In this document: positions 10,024 to 10,622 of the stretch, in pieces
Layout: the number at the start of each line of letters is the position of its first letter
Numbering within the stretch: position 1 is the stretch's first letter
NCBI GenBank assembly: GCA_048939625.1
Contig: JBHLPH010000046.1
Location: 1-10,622 of the forward strand
Reading direction: 5' to 3'
DNA: 10,622 nucleotides
From: Promethearchaeota archaeon
GTDB taxonomy: Archaea; Asgardarchaeota; Hermodarchaeia; Hermodarchaeales; Hermodarchaeaceae
The notes under the pieces: generated by a model
Databases searched by the model: none
What the model was told of the DNA's origin: nothing
What the model saw: the letters and a program-made list of their open reading frames with translations, nothing else
Position numbers and translations under genes: made by a program

Positions 10024-10250
10024 ACTCTACCCTCAGAGACGATTCTGCTCAAATTGCGACGCAATCCTGCCCTCGTCAGACGGCATCACACTTCCATGAG
10101 CCCATATAGCTATAGCCCGCATGAGAAACGTGGAACCCTGTGTCCCATGAAGCAGAACGGGAACATTGTCTCATCGGTAATTTTGCCCAGGCAGAAACAT
10201 GCGGCGCCAAACCAGCCGTCGCTCCAGCGAAGCAGACCGTCTGCGGAGTT
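10024..10250 (-). other. Long, putatively structured 5' leader of the RNAP operon (candidate cis-regulatory RNA) at the usual rpoH position
   Basis: No Rpo5-like translation in any minus frame. It carries many inverted repeats (see findings) and lies between a BRE/TATA and the rpoB SD (GAGGGT, 10034-10029). Confidence 0.45.
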
Positions 10251-10270
10251 ACGCCGACAATGTACAAACG

Positions 10271-10287
10271 CCTTTTTAAGCTTTCGA
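10271..10287 (-). promoter_or_regulatory. Putative BRE + TATA promoter of the rpoB operon
   Basis: Minus strand reads TCGAAAG-CTTAAAAAGG. Standard archaeal spacing predicts a transcription start near 10250. Confidence 0.6.
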
Positions 10288-10371
10288 TTAAACGCTTTAA
10301 TATCACGGAAAAAACCTACGGAATTCGCCCCAACAACCACTGGAAAGCAAAAAATGGCGCTTAATCATTGG

Positions 10372-10386
10372 CTAGAGGTTTATATC
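10372..10386 (+). promoter_or_regulatory. Putative promoter of the divergent Nudix gene
   Basis: CTAGAGG-TTTATATC about 60 nt upstream of ATG 10447. Confidence 0.55.
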
Positions 10387-10446
10387 AGACAAACAGGACA
10401 GGATTTCTTCACAATTTGAGTTTTAAGAGATGTTTGAGAAGTGCCT

Positions 10447-10622
10447 ATGAAGATTAAAATTGAATCGGAGAAAGATTGGTTCGGCTCGAGAGCCACAGGT
10501 GTCATGCTTGATGGGAAGAACCGGGTCCTGCTATGTCAGCTGGAAGGCGATGATCTATGGGTGCTTCCAGGCGGCGGAATAGGGCTACATGAAACCCTCG
10601 AGGAAACCGTTGAAAGAGAACT
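10447..10622 (+). CDS. Nudix-family hydrolase, N-terminal part, truncated by the window edge
   Basis: Not in the ORF track. Manual translation MKIKIESEKDWFGSRATGVMLDGKNRVLLCQLEGDDLWVLPGGGIGLHETLEETVERE(L) matches W.LPGG plus the first part of the Nudix box Gx5Ex7REU. Confidence 0.88.
   Translation, partial: MKIKIESEKDWFGSRATGVMLDGKNRVLLCQLEGDDLWVLPGGGIGLHETLEETVERE

Noticed and set aside
10052-10086. Hammerhead-like CUGACGA followed by a hairpin on the minus strand
   Set aside because: The second core strand is GCAA rather than GAAA, and there is no properly placed NUH cleavage triplet or stem III.
10076-10090. C/D-box or K-turn-like GUGAUGC-CGU-CUGA in the leader
   Set aside because: The C box is imperfect, there is no room for guide sequences, and there is no convincing flanking canonical stem.
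10024-10250. tRNA, SRP RNA or RNase P RNA in the leader
   Set aside because: No cloverleaf with a proper T-arm (GGGTTCCAC has no closing stem), no SRP helix-8 motif, and no RNase P GAGGAAAGUCC.
10054-10419. Four ORF-track ORFs (74-121 aa) upstream of rpoB, including two rpoH-sized 76-aa minus ORFs
   Set aside because: They overlap one another and the predicted promoters, and show no recognisable motifs. Faint Rpo5 echoes (KLP, SHAGYS) look like chance.

Overview
Archaeal housekeeping locus, with nearly everything on the minus strand: rpoB (unsplit Rpo2), rpoA' (Rpo1N), rpoA'' (Rpo1C), rpl30e, nusA, rps12, rps7 and EF-1alpha (runs off the left edge). A divergent Nudix hydrolase runs off the right edge. 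Unsplit B, split A and no EF-2 between S7 and EF-1alpha suggest a TACK- or Asgard-type archaeon (inference). Two features depart from the usual operon. (1) rpoH/rpo5, normally directly upstream of rpoB, is absent; in its place is a ~225-nt non-coding leader dense in inverted repeats, including mutually exclusive helices, which is a candidate cis-regulatory RNA for the RNAP operon. (2) The conserved N-terminus of RpoA' has no in-frame ATG/GTG/TTG and appears to start at a non-canonical ATT 8 nt after a strong GGAGG Shine-Dalgarno (SD). I saw no mobile elements, inteins, CRISPR arrays, tRNA or rRNA.
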